Below are positions 18,637 through 29,151 of a stretch of DNA of 64,000 nt, in pieces. Below the pieces are notes generated by a model, which ran no database searches, had not been told where the DNA came from, and worked only from the letters and a program-made list of their open reading frames with translations. Numbering within the stretch: position 1 is the stretch's first letter; each line of letters starts with the position of its first letter. Origin of the DNA: Planctomycetota bacterium. Its GTDB lineage: Bacteria; Planctomycetota; JAJSAM01; JAJVHW01. Both the position numbers and the translations under genes were made by a program. The stretch lies in the NCBI GenBank assembly GCA_965248445.1, contig CBDFJG010000004.1:1504001-1568000 (forward strand), given 5' to 3'.

Positions 18637-21600
18637 ATGCGGGGGAAGAGCGCTCGCATCGTCGTCGTCGGACTGCTGATCCTCTTGGCGGTCGTCGCGG
18701 CGGTCTTGTTCGTGATGCAGGAGCCTCCGGGCAGCGGAGACGGCGCCGAGACTCCGGACTCTCAACCGGCCACGATCGAAGACGACGAGGCGGCGACCGG
18801 CGGTCGCGGCCGCAAACGGGCGCGTCCCGCAGGATCCGCCCGCGTGTTCGGCACGGTCGCGCGGGGATCGGAGCGTGCACCCGCCGCGGGTGTCTCGGTG
18901 CGACTGCTCGATGCCCTGGCCACCGAGCGCGTTGCCGAGACGGATGAGACCGGAGCGTTCTCGTTCGCCAACGTCGCTCCCGGCGGTCCGTACGAGGTGA
19001 CAGTTCGCGAGGACGGCAGCGCCGAGGTGCGCGTGCCCGGCATCGCCCTCGACCGCAACGAGGAGCGCGACGTCGGTGAACTGGTTCTCGCTCCGGCCGT
19101 TCCCGTGGACGTTCTCGTACGCACGATGGGCGATGTGGCGATTGCCAGCGCGACCGTCGAGGCCTTCGCGGTTCAGGCGAGTGGGTTCGGGTTCGACTGG
19201 CAGGCCAGGATGGCGCAGATCGGTGTGGCCCCGGTCGTCATCGCAACCGCCACGACGAACGCCGAGGGGCGTGCGTCCTTCACGGGGCTCGCGTCGGGCA
19301 ACTGGACTTTCCGCGCCCGCAAGCCGGGCTTCGCCACGCGCGGCAAGAACGGCGTTCAACTGCGTTCTGACCGCGCCGCGAACGACATAACGGTGCACCT
19401 GCCCAAGGGATGGACCGTCAGCGGCACCGTGCGAGAAGACGGTGGCGAGGTGCTCTCGAACGTGCTCGTCATGGGCATCCCGCGCAACATGGCGTGGACT
19501 CCGAACCACGCGCCGCTGAATGCGCGCGCGACCACGGACGCCGAAGGTGCGTTCACACTCGAGGGACTGCGCACGGGCCGCGTCGGCATCTGGATAGGAC
19601 TGCCGGGCGGTGTTCCGTCGCTGGTGTTGTCGATCGACGTCCCGCGGGTCCCGCACATCGACATCGATCTGACGCGCGGAGGGACTCTCACCGGCCTGGT
19701 CTCGCTCGAGGCGGACAAGTCTCCAGTGCCGGGCGTCGTCGTGCGTGCATCCGCTTACAAGAACGGCTCGAGCTACATCGCCGAGGCCGTCACCGATGCC
19801 GACGGCCGGTACACGATCGACACGCTGATGGAGGGGGTCGTCACGCAGGTCAAGGTGGACTACCCCGGGCACGTCGTCGTGATCGACGGCTCGCCGTGGA
19901 TCCAGGTCCCGCTGCTACGCGGCGACACCGTGACGCACGACGTCGTGCTGCGGCGCGCGGCCACTGTCATCGGCACCGTGACGGGGCCGGACGGCCCGCT
20001 CGGCGGCGCCAAGCTGACGCTGTTCACGATGGGCACCGCCGGCAACTGGGGCCAGAAGTACGTCACGGCCGAGTCGGACGGTACGTATCGCGCCGACGGC
20101 ATCGACGCCGGCGGGGCGCTCGTGCAGGTGCGCGCGCGCGGTCACTTCCAGCGGGACTTCCCGACGAACTGGTGGACCGCACTGCAGCAGAAGAACGCGC
20201 CCGAGGAGTGGTTCCTCGAGGTCCCGAAGGAAGGGGAGGTCACGAAGGACTTCGTGCTCGAGAAGGGCACTTGGGTCTCCGGTCTGATCAGCGACGCCAA
20301 CGGAGATCCGGTGGCGGGCGCTCTCGTGCGCTCCTACGCCGCGACGGATTGGGTGGAGGCGCTCAGCGGCGAGGACGGCACGTACCGAATGGAGGGGCTC
20401 GCCCTGGACAAGGACATCAACCTCAACGCGACTGCCGACGGCCACGGTGTCGGAAGCACGCAGGTCAAGCTCGACGGCCCGAACGAGAACGTGGACATCC
20501 AGCTCACGGTGCAGAACCGCCTGCGAGGTGTGGTCCTCGGCGACGGTCCGCTCGAGGACGCGTACGTGCAACTGGGAGCGCCGCAGCCCAAGCAGCGTTC
20601 GTTCAATCAACCGCAGCAGCAGGATCAGTGGGGACGCCTCGAGCGACTGCCGGTCCGTGAGGACGGGACGTTCGATGTCCCGCTGCCGAGCTGGGACCCC
20701 ATCGTCGTCCGCGCCGTGGCCACCGGTTACGGACCCACGGAGGTCGAGGTCGCGAAGAGCACCGCCGGTGACACAGAGGTCGAGGTCCGGTTGAAGCCGG
20801 GCGCGATCGTGCGGGGCGTCGTCTCCAGCAAGGGCGACGGTGCGCCGATCGCGAACGCGCTCATCGTCGCGGGTCCCGGCAGGAAGATCAGCGGACAGAA
20901 CATGGCGTGGCAGCTGCAGCAGATGGAGCAGCAGAACCCGCGGCCGGTGGTGGCCGTGACGGACGGCAACGGTCTCTACGAGATCACGCACCTCGGACCG
21001 GGCGGTCACAACATCACAGCGCGTGCAGCGGCGTTCGTTGAGCTGCTGCAGCACGTGGTCGTCAAGGACGAGCATGACGTCGGGTTCGGACTCGAGCCCG
21101 CGCTGGCGATCGCCGGCGTCGTGAAGTTCACCGACGGGGAGCCCGTCGGCGGAGCGCGGGTCACGATGCGTGCCGCGGGCGCGACGAACTACGGCCCGAA
21201 CCAAGAGGTCCGTAGCAGTTCGGACGGCCGGTTCCGCAAGGACGGGCTGAAGGCGGGCAAGTACACGGTCACGTTGGATCCACCCTGGAACGGCGACGTC
21301 AACGTGACTTCCACCACGGTGAAGGACGTGGAGGCGGGGACCGAGGATCTCGAGATTGTCGCGCAGCACGGACTCACGATCACCGGCCGGCTCGTGGACG
21401 ACGCCGGCGAGCCCGTGCCTGCGATCTCCATCTCGGGGCAGCCGCCGCAGAACAACCCGACCGGCGTCACGACGTGGCGGCAGGCCCGCAGCGGCGAGGA
21501 CGGCACGTTCGAGATGGTCGGTCTGCAAGACGGTACGTGGACTCTCAACGTGGGTGCGCAGAGCGGGTACGCCGCGTTTGTGAAGGCCGGCGTTCCGGCC

Positions 21601-22416
21601 GGAGCGCGTGACGTGATCCTGCGCATGACGAAGGGGCTCGAACTGTCCGGCGTGCTCGTGGACGAGAACGGTGACGGTGTGAGCGGGAAGATGCTGCTCG
21701 CGCAGCGGCTCGATCTTCCCGAGGGCACGCAGAGTTCGTGGCTGAACGCGACGACCGCGTCGGGGGGCAAGTTCAAGTTCAACGGACTGGAGGTCGCGGA
21801 CTACTCGATCATCATGCAAGGCAATGACCAGACGGTGATCTCCGGAGGCGCGCGCGTCTCGGCCGGCCAGTCGAACATCCGGCTCGAGTACAGCAAGGGA
21901 CTCACGATCACGGGTGCTCTCGTCACGACCGACGACGGATCCGCCGAGGGCGCGTGGGTGCTCGCACTCCCCAACGGCAAGGAGGGGGTGGGTCAGAAGC
22001 ACGGGCGGGTCACGGCCGACGGCACGTTCACGATCGAGGGCACGCAGCCCGATATCTCGTACACGCTGCGGACCATGGGCGGGAACTACCGCGCAGCCGA
22101 GGTCGAGGGGATCGAGGCGGGGGCGAGCAACGTCAGCATCACGGTCGAACCGGGACTGCGGGTCTCCGGCACGTTCGTCGACGCGAGTGGCAAGGGGCTC
22201 ACGAACGCGATGCTCTCGTTCGAGGCGGTGGAGGGCAAGTCGCGCACCTCGGGTCGCACTGCGGAGGCTGGGACGTTCTCGATCGGGGGCCTCGACGAGG
22301 GTGTTTACAAGGTCACCGGCTGGGTTCAGGAGGCCGAGGGTGAGCAGTGGACGAAGGTCGAGCTCGGCGAGGTCACGGCTGGAGAGACCGGAGTCGAATT
22401 CCGGGCGCCCGACTGA
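18637..22416 (+). CDS. Large membrane-anchored protein with repeated carboxypeptidase-regulatory-like beta-sandwich domains
   Basis: GGAGG RBS, N-terminal TM helix, and many G.V...G.P..GA.V / TD..G.F...GL..G.Y repeats. Confidence 0.85.
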   Translation: MRGKSARIVVVGLLILLAVVAAVLFVMQEPPGSGDGAETPDSQPATIEDDEAATGGRGRKRARPAGSARVFGTVARGSERAPAAGVSVRLLDALATERVAETDETGAFSFANVAPGGPYEVTVREDGSAEVRVPGIALDRNEERDVGELVLAPAVPVDVLVRTMGDVAIASATVEAFAVQASGFGFDWQARMAQIGVAPVVIATATTNAEGRASFTGLASGNWTFRARKPGFATRGKNGVQLRSDRAANDITVHLPKGWTVSGTVREDGGEVLSNVLVMGIPRNMAWTPNHAPLNARATTDAEGAFTLEGLRTGRVGIWIGLPGGVPSLVLSIDVPRVPHIDIDLTRGGTLTGLVSLEADKSPVPGVVVRASAYKNGSSYIAEAVTDADGRYTIDTLMEGVVTQVKVDYPGHVVVIDGSPWIQVPLLRGDTVTHDVVLRRAATVIGTVTGPDGPLGGAKLTLFTMGTAGNWGQKYVTAESDGTYRADGIDAGGALVQVRARGHFQRDFPTNWWTALQQKNAPEEWFLEVPKEGEVTKDFVLEKGTWVSGLISDANGDPVAGALVRSYAATDWVEALSGEDGTYRMEGLALDKDINLNATADGHGVGSTQVKLDGPNENVDIQLTVQNRLRGVVLGDGPLEDAYVQLGAPQPKQRSFNQPQQQDQWGRLERLPVREDGTFDVPLPSWDPIVVRAVATGYGPTEVEVAKSTAGDTEVEVRLKPGAIVRGVVSSKGDGAPIANALIVAGPGRKISGQNMAWQLQQMEQQNPRPVVAVTDGNGLYEITHLGPGGHNITARAAAFVELLQHVVVKDEHDVGFGLEPALAIAGVVKFTDGEPVGGARVTMRAAGATNYGPNQEVRSSSDGRFRKDGLKAGKYTVTLDPPWNGDVNVTSTTVKDVEAGTEDLEIVAQHGLTITGRLVDDAGEPVPAISISGQPPQNNPTGVTTWRQARSGEDGTFEMVGLQDGTWTLNVGAQSGYAAFVKAGVPAGARDVILRMTKGLELSGVLVDENGDGVSGKMLLAQRLDLPEGTQSSWLNATTASGGKFKFNGLEVADYSIIMQGNDQTVISGGARVSAGQSNIRLEYSKGLTITGALVTTDDGSAEGAWVLALPNGKEGVGQKHGRVTADGTFTIEGTQPDISYTLRTMGGNYRAAEVEGIEAGASNVSITVEPGLRVSGTFVDASGKGLTNAMLSFEAVEGKSRTSGRTAEAGTFSIGGLDEGVYKVTGWVQEAEGEQWTKVELGEVTAGETGVEFRAPD

Positions 22417-22457
22417 CCCGGCGGACCGAGCTCGCAACCGCGGGTATGATGCCCGGG

Positions 22458-22712
22458 ATGCGTGATCGAGGAGACGCCACCCCCCAGAAGGAGAGCTTCC
22501 TCCTCGGGGTCGGCTTCGACGGCGACGACGGCCACCGCCGGGTGACCCGAGGCCGGGACTTCGTCCTGCTCGGCAGGAGCGGCGACACGCACTCGGAGAT
22601 GCAGGAGCGGGCCATCCGCTTCGACGAGGAACTCAAGCGCCGTGGCAAGCGGCTGCGCGAGGTCGAGTCTCTCGACGAACTTCGCGAGATCGCCGACCAG
22701 GCGGGGATGTAG
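22458..22712 (+). CDS. Small hypothetical protein
   Basis: LLG.GFD.DDGH.RVTRG..F.L.G.S..TH..MQE..IRF.E.L..RGK pattern that I recall from PVC hypotheticals (unverified); host-like codon usage. Confidence 0.7.
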   Translation: MRDRGDATPQKESFLLGVGFDGDDGHRRVTRGRDFVLLGRSGDTHSEMQERAIRFDEELKRRGKRLREVESLDELREIADQAGM

Positions 22713-22777
22713 CCCCGAGGCTCGTGCCGCTCCGTTCGCAGCACGGACGCGGCAGCAGACTGTAGGCTGAACCACCG

Positions 22778-24538
22778 ATGCACCGACCCCTCCGACTCTG
22801 TCTGTTCCTGCTCACCGCGGTCGCGGTCTTCGCGCTCACGGCGCCGCGCGCCGAGGCGGAGAGCACGGCGTTCCTGGTCAACGGTCAGCGCATCTCCGGA
22901 GTGGTCCCGAAGGGCGAGGTCATCCGCCTCCGGTTTCGCGCCGCCGCCGGCACCGAGCCGCGGCTCACGTTCTCCCTCGCCGGATCGAAGACCGCGCCGC
23001 TGAGTTTCCTGAACCTGCAGATCGTGGACCCGGACGGCGCCGTCGTGCCCGACACGAGTCAGTTCTTCGAGGGCACGCGACTGCGTCTGGGCAAGAGCAA
23101 GCTCAAGCTGCGCGGCTTCGTCGCGCAGAAGACGGGCGACTACACACTGATCACCGACACGAACAGCGCCCGGTTGCCGAACCTGGTCGAGCTGATCGCT
23201 TCGGGCAAGTTCAAGTTGAAGCGGCCGAAGCGTGCGAAGACGACGATCACCGAGGCGGACCTCTCGCTCGACGTCGCGCTGCTCTTCCGCGATCAGGTCA
23301 TCGTGAAGGTGAAGACCGAGGACGGCGGCATCCCTGTCATCACGCGGTTCGTGTCGCCGAGTCAGGAGTTCCGGTTCCCGGCGACGGAACGGCGCACCAA
23401 CAAGAAGGGCGCCGTCTCCCAGAAGTTCCGGTCCATCGAAGACGACGACCACACGTTCGAATTCGGGTACCGCGAAGGCCAGACCACCGGCACGTTCGTG
23501 GCGACCGTCAAGGTCAACATGTTCACCATTCGGACGACCGCGTTCCTGAAGATCGAGAACGCGCCGGGAATCCCGCTGTCCGTGCGCCCAGCGGACCGAT
23601 TCCGGGCGATCGACTGGGGCACGGGCGCCCCCGGTCTCGCGTACGACGCGGGGACGAATTCGATCCTCGTCTCGGCGCTCTACTTGGGCGGCGGTGCGCC
23701 TCAGATTTCCGGCCGCCTCTACGACCGGGATCTCTTCGAGCAACCGGGCACGCCGCAGCCGGTGTCGTTCGTGGGGCCAGCGGACATGCAGCCGGGCGAG
23801 GTGCTCGGCACACACCGGATGGTCGCGAACGACGTGAACTACTACATCGCCTGGGCCACCCAGAGCGGGCTGTTCGCCGGGTTCTCGCGCATCCGCAAGA
23901 GCGACCTCGGCCGAGAGGGCTTCCTCGAGGCGATCGCGAACGCGACGACGCCCATCCGGGACCACTTCCTCGTCACCAACGGTCTCACCGTCTCGCTCGG
24001 CGTGTTCCGTTCGCCCGACGGTCACGACGTGCACGTCTACGAGCCGGACCTCACGAGCATCTTCACCACCGGCATCGGTACGCTCGCGTTCTCGCACGCG
24101 AACGGCGCCGGCGCTGCGTGGAACCCCGCGACGGAGCAGTACGAACTGTGGGCGCCGGACGCGCTCGGCTTCGGCAACCCGAGCGACCTCAACCGCCAGT
24201 TCTACTCCGAGTTCTGGCAGGTGCAGGGCTCGAACGAGAAGCCGATCGCGGATCCGGGGGAGACCGAGACGATGTCCAGCGCCGTCTCGATCGACCTGTC
24301 CTCGGGCGTTACAGTCGTGCACCACGTCATTCCCGCGGGTGCCAGCGGTGCCGGCAACGTCGTGCGCTCGCTGTTCGACGATGCGGGCGACCTCGTCCTC
24401 GGTTCCGACGTCACGCTGCCTACGAGCGGCCTGAACCGGCCGACGTCGATCATCGTCGGCAACTTCCTGTACGTCGGATACGAGAGCGCGTCCGGACCCG
24501 CGGTCGAGAGATTCCCGTTCCTGCGCACGACGCAGTAG
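22778..24538 (+). CDS. Secreted hypothetical protein (beta-rich)
   Basis: Signal peptide ending AEA; long ORF with host-like codon usage. Confidence 0.75.
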   Translation: MHRPLRLCLFLLTAVAVFALTAPRAEAESTAFLVNGQRISGVVPKGEVIRLRFRAAAGTEPRLTFSLAGSKTAPLSFLNLQIVDPDGAVVPDTSQFFEGTRLRLGKSKLKLRGFVAQKTGDYTLITDTNSARLPNLVELIASGKFKLKRPKRAKTTITEADLSLDVALLFRDQVIVKVKTEDGGIPVITRFVSPSQEFRFPATERRTNKKGAVSQKFRSIEDDDHTFEFGYREGQTTGTFVATVKVNMFTIRTTAFLKIENAPGIPLSVRPADRFRAIDWGTGAPGLAYDAGTNSILVSALYLGGGAPQISGRLYDRDLFEQPGTPQPVSFVGPADMQPGEVLGTHRMVANDVNYYIAWATQSGLFAGFSRIRKSDLGREGFLEAIANATTPIRDHFLVTNGLTVSLGVFRSPDGHDVHVYEPDLTSIFTTGIGTLAFSHANGAGAAWNPATEQYELWAPDALGFGNPSDLNRQFYSEFWQVQGSNEKPIADPGETETMSSAVSIDLSSGVTVVHHVIPAGASGAGNVVRSLFDDAGDLVLGSDVTLPTSGLNRPTSIIVGNFLYVGYESASGPAVERFPFLRTTQ

Positions 24539-24573
24539 GGGCACGCGTCGTAGATTCAGTGGGAGGCCGGTGG

Positions 24574-25422
24574 TTGCGCGTCTTCATCAGCTGTGACATG
24601 GAGGGCTGCACGGGAATCGTGCACAACGATCAGCTCATCCCGGGCGGATACGACTACCAGCGTGGACGCCGGTTGATGACCGGAGATGTGGTGGCCGCTG
24701 TCGAGGCGGCTCTCGCCTACGAAGACGTCGAGTACGTGCGCGTCTGCGACGGGCACGGGACCATGCGCAACATCCTGATCGAGGAGCTCCCCTCGGGGTG
24801 CGACCTCGTCTCCGGCCCGGCCGGGTCGCGCGTCTTCTGTCAGTCGGAGGGGCTCGACGACTCATTCGACGTCGTGTTGTTCGTCGGATACCACGCGCGC
24901 GCCGGCACGCCGGAAGCGGTCCTTCCGCACACGTGGATCGGCTCCGTGGTGCGGGAGATCCGCGTGAACGGCGTCGTGTTCGGAGAAGCCGCGCTGAACG
25001 CCGCGATTGCCGGGGAGCACGGCGTGCCCGTTGCGTTCCTCTCGGGAGACGTGGCCGCCTGCGCCGAGGCGAAGTCGCAGCTCGGTGACGATCTCGTCAC
25101 CGTCGCGGTCAAGCGCGCGTTCGGCGCCAAATCGGCCGTGTGCCGGCCCCCTGCGGAGACCGCCGACGAGATTCGCCTCGGCGTGCTGACGGCGCTGGAG
25201 ACCGCGTCGTCACGCAAGCCGTTTCGCGTGGAAGGACCGGTTGAATTCGCCGCCACGTTCCATCGCAAGGAGCAGGCGGATCTCGCCGAGCGCCGTACCG
25301 GCGTCGAGCGGAAGGGACCAAGTACGCTGGCGACGAGCGCCGGCACGTATCTCGAAGCGGTCCGCGCCGGGTGGGCGCTCCTAGAGTCCGCCGCGGGTGA
25401 CCCTCCGGAGTGGCTGCGATGA
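24574..25422 (+). CDS. M55-family D-aminopeptidase (DppA-like)
   Basis: FISCDMEG, DGHG.MRN, VGYHA.AG, HT, SGD motifs; TTG start after GGAGG. Confidence 0.92.
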   Translation: MRVFISCDMEGCTGIVHNDQLIPGGYDYQRGRRLMTGDVVAAVEAALAYEDVEYVRVCDGHGTMRNILIEELPSGCDLVSGPAGSRVFCQSEGLDDSFDVVLFVGYHARAGTPEAVLPHTWIGSVVREIRVNGVVFGEAALNAAIAGEHGVPVAFLSGDVAACAEAKSQLGDDLVTVAVKRAFGAKSAVCRPPAETADEIRLGVLTALETASSRKPFRVEGPVEFAATFHRKEQADLAERRTGVERKGPSTLATSAGTYLEAVRAGWALLESAAGDPPEWLR

Positions 25423-26375
25423 CACGTGTACGAAAACTCTGGCCGCTGGCATTGGCGCTCATCGGCATCGCCGGGTTCGTCTACGCGGGCTGGAAAGTGA
25501 TGAGTAAGCCCCCTGCGCCGGAAGACGACGAGTACGTCGACGTGGCTCCGCCTCCTGCGGCGCCGGGCGAACGGTTCGAGGTCGTGCGGACTCACGAACT
25601 CACCGAGACGCGCGGCTACAAGGGCAACGTCTCCGGTGAAGGGCTCATCGAGATCCGGGCCCCCAAGGGGATGCTCGTCCCGATCGTGAAAATCCACCAC
25701 GAGCACGGTGACTTCGTGAAGAAGGGTGATCCCCTCATCACGCTCGATCGCAAGCAGGTGGAGGACGCCATTGTCGAGGCACGCGAAGCCGGCCGCGACG
25801 CCGACGTGCTGCGCTTCGAGGGCTACCTGGAGCACGTCGTGCTGCGAGCGCCGGTGGACGGCCAGGTCCACGACATCAAGCTGGACACCGGAAACATCCC
25901 GATCGAAGTGGGCATCCCGCTGATGACGCTCGCGGATCGCTCTTCCTACGTCTTCGTCGCGCTCGTGCCGAACGAGGTGGCTGTCAAGTCCGCCAACCTC
26001 GGCCGGGAGGTGCTGATCCACCTGGATGCCGGGATCGGCGACGTGCGGGGCACCGTGACCGCTCACGATGCGACCGGGGAGCGCAATCTCGACGTGCCGG
26101 GGGGCTACATGGCCGTCGTGGCGAGCCTGCCGCCCACCCCCGGCGTCGAACAGGACCTCGCCGGCGAGCTGCGGCTGGCCGCGGCCGTCAAGAAGGTGGG
26201 GCTCGTGCCGCAGCGCGCGGTCACCTGGCGTGGCGACACCGGCGTCGTGCGAGTGGCCGAGGACGGCGAGGTGCTCGAGCGCACGATCCAGCACGGAGCC
26301 AAGGTCGGAGATGACATCATCGTCCTTTACGGCGTGTTCCCGGGCGAGTCGGTCCTCGTTCCCGACGTCGATTGA
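25419..26375 (+). CDS. Membrane fusion protein / RND periplasmic adaptor
   Basis: N-terminal anchor, lipoyl-like halves (GDFVKKGDPL; LRAPVDG) and a VP..AV C-terminal segment. Confidence 0.75.
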   Translation: MTRVRKLWPLALALIGIAGFVYAGWKVMSKPPAPEDDEYVDVAPPPAAPGERFEVVRTHELTETRGYKGNVSGEGLIEIRAPKGMLVPIVKIHHEHGDFVKKGDPLITLDRKQVEDAIVEAREAGRDADVLRFEGYLEHVVLRAPVDGQVHDIKLDTGNIPIEVGIPLMTLADRSSYVFVALVPNEVAVKSANLGREVLIHLDAGIGDVRGTVTAHDATGERNLDVPGGYMAVVASLPPTPGVEQDLAGELRLAAAVKKVGLVPQRAVTWRGDTGVVRVAEDGEVLERTIQHGAKVGDDIIVLYGVFPGESVLVPDVD

Positions 26376-26389
26376 CGTAGATTCACCGC

Positions 26390-26896
26390 GTGGCTTATGT
26401 CCTGTTCGCGTTGCGTGTGCCGAGCGGAGCCGATCTCGAGGAGACGGCGGAGGCTCTCGCTGTTCGCGTCGGCGCCGGAATCGAGCGTGGCGACCCGAGT
26501 GGCTCCGCGGAGGAGACCCGCCACGAACTCGTCCGCCGCGCGACGTCCGCCGAGCCGTCGTTGTCGGCCGCGACTGCCGAGATCGCCGTCACGTCGGCTC
26601 TGACCGATGGAGCCGGCGTCCGTGTCGACGTCCATGAGGACTTCGTGCGTGTACGCCTCGGTTACCTCGCGGACGCCGAGGTAGCGACCGCGGTGATGGG
26701 GCGCGTGTTCCGCGTGCTCGGGGCCGTTGCGACCGAAGACGGGTGGTGCGTGTACGACCCGCAGGGAGTCACCGCAGTGACCCTCGACGAGGCCGGACGC
26801 GCGGCCACGCTCGAGCTGTACCAGAGCGTCGTCGACCAGGTGGCTCCGACACCCTTTGTTGTCGTGCCGCGCAGCCGCGACGAGCCGTCGTCGTGA
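26390..26896 (+). CDS. Hypothetical protein
   Basis: Operonic ORF overlapping the next start; VYDPQ motif. Confidence 0.6.
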   Translation: MAYVLFALRVPSGADLEETAEALAVRVGAGIERGDPSGSAEETRHELVRRATSAEPSLSAATAEIAVTSALTDGAGVRVDVHEDFVRVRLGYLADAEVATAVMGRVFRVLGAVATEDGWCVYDPQGVTAVTLDEAGRAATLELYQSVVDQVAPTPFVVVPRSRDEPSS

Positions 26897-27747
26897 GTTC
26901 GCGCCGCAAGGTGTTCATCTTGTCCGACTCGACCGGGGACACCGCGTCCAGGATCGTCCGCGCGGCGCTCAAGCAATTCGTCGGGGAGGGCGTCGAAATC
27001 CGCCGCTTCCCGAACGTACTGCGCAAGTCCGAGGTTCGCGGCATCCTGGGCGAAGCGGCCAACGAGGAGGCGCTCGTGGCGCACACGTTCGCGGCGCACC
27101 CGCTGCGTGAAATGATGCGCGCGGAGGCCGCGCAGCAGGGCGTCGAGAACCTGGATCTGCTCGGGCCGCTGCTCGACTCGCTGGAGCGGCACCTCCACAG
27201 CAAGCCGGCCGAGGAGGCTGGCCTCTACCACAAGATCGACGATCAATACTTCCGGCGCATCGACGCCGTCGAGTACGCGGTGATGCACGATGACGGCAAG
27301 CACCTCGAGGGCCTGAAACACGCTGACCTGGTGCTGCTGGGCGTCTCCCGCACCGGCAAGACGCCGCTCTCGGTGTATCTGGCGCTCGAGGGCTGGCGCG
27401 TCGGGAACGTGCCTCTCGTGCAGGGTCAGCCCGTGCCCGAAGAGGTGCTCGCGCTACCTCGCGAGAAACTCTGCGGACTCATGATCGATCCACGCCGTCT
27501 GGCCGAGATCCGGCGCGCGCGCATGGACTACATCGCGCCGGGATACCAGATGGACTACGACGACACGCGGGCGGTGCGCGAGGAACTGAACTGGAGCCGC
27601 AAGGTGCTGCAGAAGCAGGGCGTCGCGATTGTCGACGTCACGCAGCGCGCGATCGAGGAGACCGCCCACATGGTGGTCAAGGCCGTCGGCCGCGAGAGCG
27701 TCGGCCTCCCGCCCAAGAAGGGCCGCAAGAGCCGCAAGAAGGCCTAG
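26893..27747 (+). CDS. PEP synthase / PPDK regulatory kinase-pyrophosphorylase (DUF299)
   Basis: SDSTGDTA, YFRRIDAVEYAV.HDDG, GVSRTGKTPLS.YLA, IEETA. Confidence 0.93.
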   Translation: MSSRRKVFILSDSTGDTASRIVRAALKQFVGEGVEIRRFPNVLRKSEVRGILGEAANEEALVAHTFAAHPLREMMRAEAAQQGVENLDLLGPLLDSLERHLHSKPAEEAGLYHKIDDQYFRRIDAVEYAVMHDDGKHLEGLKHADLVLLGVSRTGKTPLSVYLALEGWRVGNVPLVQGQPVPEEVLALPREKLCGLMIDPRRLAEIRRARMDYIAPGYQMDYDDTRAVREELNWSRKVLQKQGVAIVDVTQRAIEETAHMVVKAVGRESVGLPPKKGRKSRKKA

Positions 27748-27758
27748 CCCGGCCAGAG

Positions 27759-29093
27759 CTACTTCGGGCTCTCGACCCAGGCTTCGAGGTGCCGCTCGCT
27801 CAGCACGTAGAGCGTTCCATCGACGATGGCGGGCGGTGAGCACTCGCGTCCGGGCAGGCTCTTGCGCCAGATGATGTTCCCGGTGTCGGCCCGCCGGCAG
27901 GTGACGACACCGTTGTCGGCCCACAGCACGCTGCGCGCTGTGACACATGGCCCGCCCATCTCGATCATGCCCTCGTTGCGGTTCCAGAGCGGTTCGCCGT
28001 TGGCGGCGTCGAACGCGCGCAGCGTCCCGCGTGCATCGGACACCAGGACGCGGCCGGCGCCTGCCGCCAGCGACTCCGAGCGGCTGGCGCTGGTCAGGCG
28101 GCGTTCCCAGATCGTCCTGCCATCGAACATCGCGATGCCGCGCAGATAACGGTTCTCCGCCAGCACCACCACGATCCCCGGCGCACCGAGGGACGGGCCC
28201 ATGTCGGGTTCCGAGCCGATGTCCACCTTCCAGAGGACCTTGCCGTTGGCCGGATCGATGCGCATTAGTTCGGCGTCTGCGGTGCCGACGACGACGTTCT
28301 CGCCGTCCACCAGCAGCGCCCCGCTCGGCGTGCACTTCTTCTCGAACACCTGCTCACCGGTGTCGAGGTCGTACGCGCGAACGCCTTCGTTGCGGAACGC
28401 GGCGAACACGCGGTTGCCGCCGATGGCCGGCGCGGAGTCGCAACCGTAGACCGCCGGCTTGGACCAGACCCGCCTGCCGCTCGCGGAGTCGAGCGCGATG
28501 AGTGCTCGTGAGGTGGGCACCACGAGCCGGTCGCCGGCGAGGATCGCGGACGCCGAGATTTGCGTGTCGAGTTGCACCAGCCAGCGCCGCGCACCGTCCA
28601 GGGCATCGAACGCGCGCACCACCCCGTCCTTCCCCAGGCAGATGACGTTGCGTCCGTCGGGGACCAGCGCCCCTTCGATCAGGCGCATCCCTGGGATGGC
28701 CACACGCCAGGCGCGCTTCGGGTTCACCGGGATCTCGCCTCCCGCGACTCCGGAACGCTCCGGTCCGCCCCGCAGTCCGGCCCACGTGAGCGCGGGTGTG
28801 GCGGCGGCGATGCGGTCGAGCACGCCTTGCGCCGCCGCCCGAACACCCGGCCGCGGATCGTCGAGCGCGCGCGTCACGTACGGGCGGGCGCTCTCGCCGA
28901 TCGCCACGAGCGCGTCGGCAGCGCCCGTGCGCACCTCGGCATCATCGTCGGCCAGCAGCTTGAGGAAACCCTCGATTCGAGCCCGTTCCTCGAGTTTCGC
29001 GTCTTGCGCGTGCGCGGTCGGGACGGTCACGGGGGCCAGCAGGGAGAGTGCAGCGAGACATGCTGCTGCGGCGAAACCCGTCATGCCCTTCAT
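27759..29093 (-). CDS. Secreted HEAT plus PQQ-like beta-propeller (BamB-like) protein
   Basis: Signal peptide, short HEAT segment, and repeated A.D..G...W blades. Confidence 0.85.
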   Translation of the reverse strand: MKGMTGFAAAACLAALSLLAPVTVPTAHAQDAKLEERARIEGFLKLLADDDAEVRTGAADALVAIGESARPYVTRALDDPRPGVRAAAQGVLDRIAAATPALTWAGLRGGPERSGVAGGEIPVNPKRAWRVAIPGMRLIEGALVPDGRNVICLGKDGVVRAFDALDGARRWLVQLDTQISASAILAGDRLVVPTSRALIALDSASGRRVWSKPAVYGCDSAPAIGGNRVFAAFRNEGVRAYDLDTGEQVFEKKCTPSGALLVDGENVVVGTADAELMRIDPANGKVLWKVDIGSEPDMGPSLGAPGIVVVLAENRYLRGIAMFDGRTIWERRLTSASRSESLAAGAGRVLVSDARGTLRAFDAANGEPLWNRNEGMIEMGGPCVTARSVLWADNGVVTCRRADTGNIIWRKSLPGRECSPPAIVDGTLYVLSERHLEAWVESPK

Positions 29094-29151
29094 CCCGCGA
29101 ATCTACCAGCGACGGCTTCCCGCACGGGCAGCTGTAACCGAACATGACGGA

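Noticed and set aside
7058..22437. Very long antisense or alternative-frame ORFs (e.g. 9742-12144, 15460-17763, 19915-22437)
   Set aside because: They are shadows of real genes in high-GC DNA, Arg/Ala-rich and without motifs.
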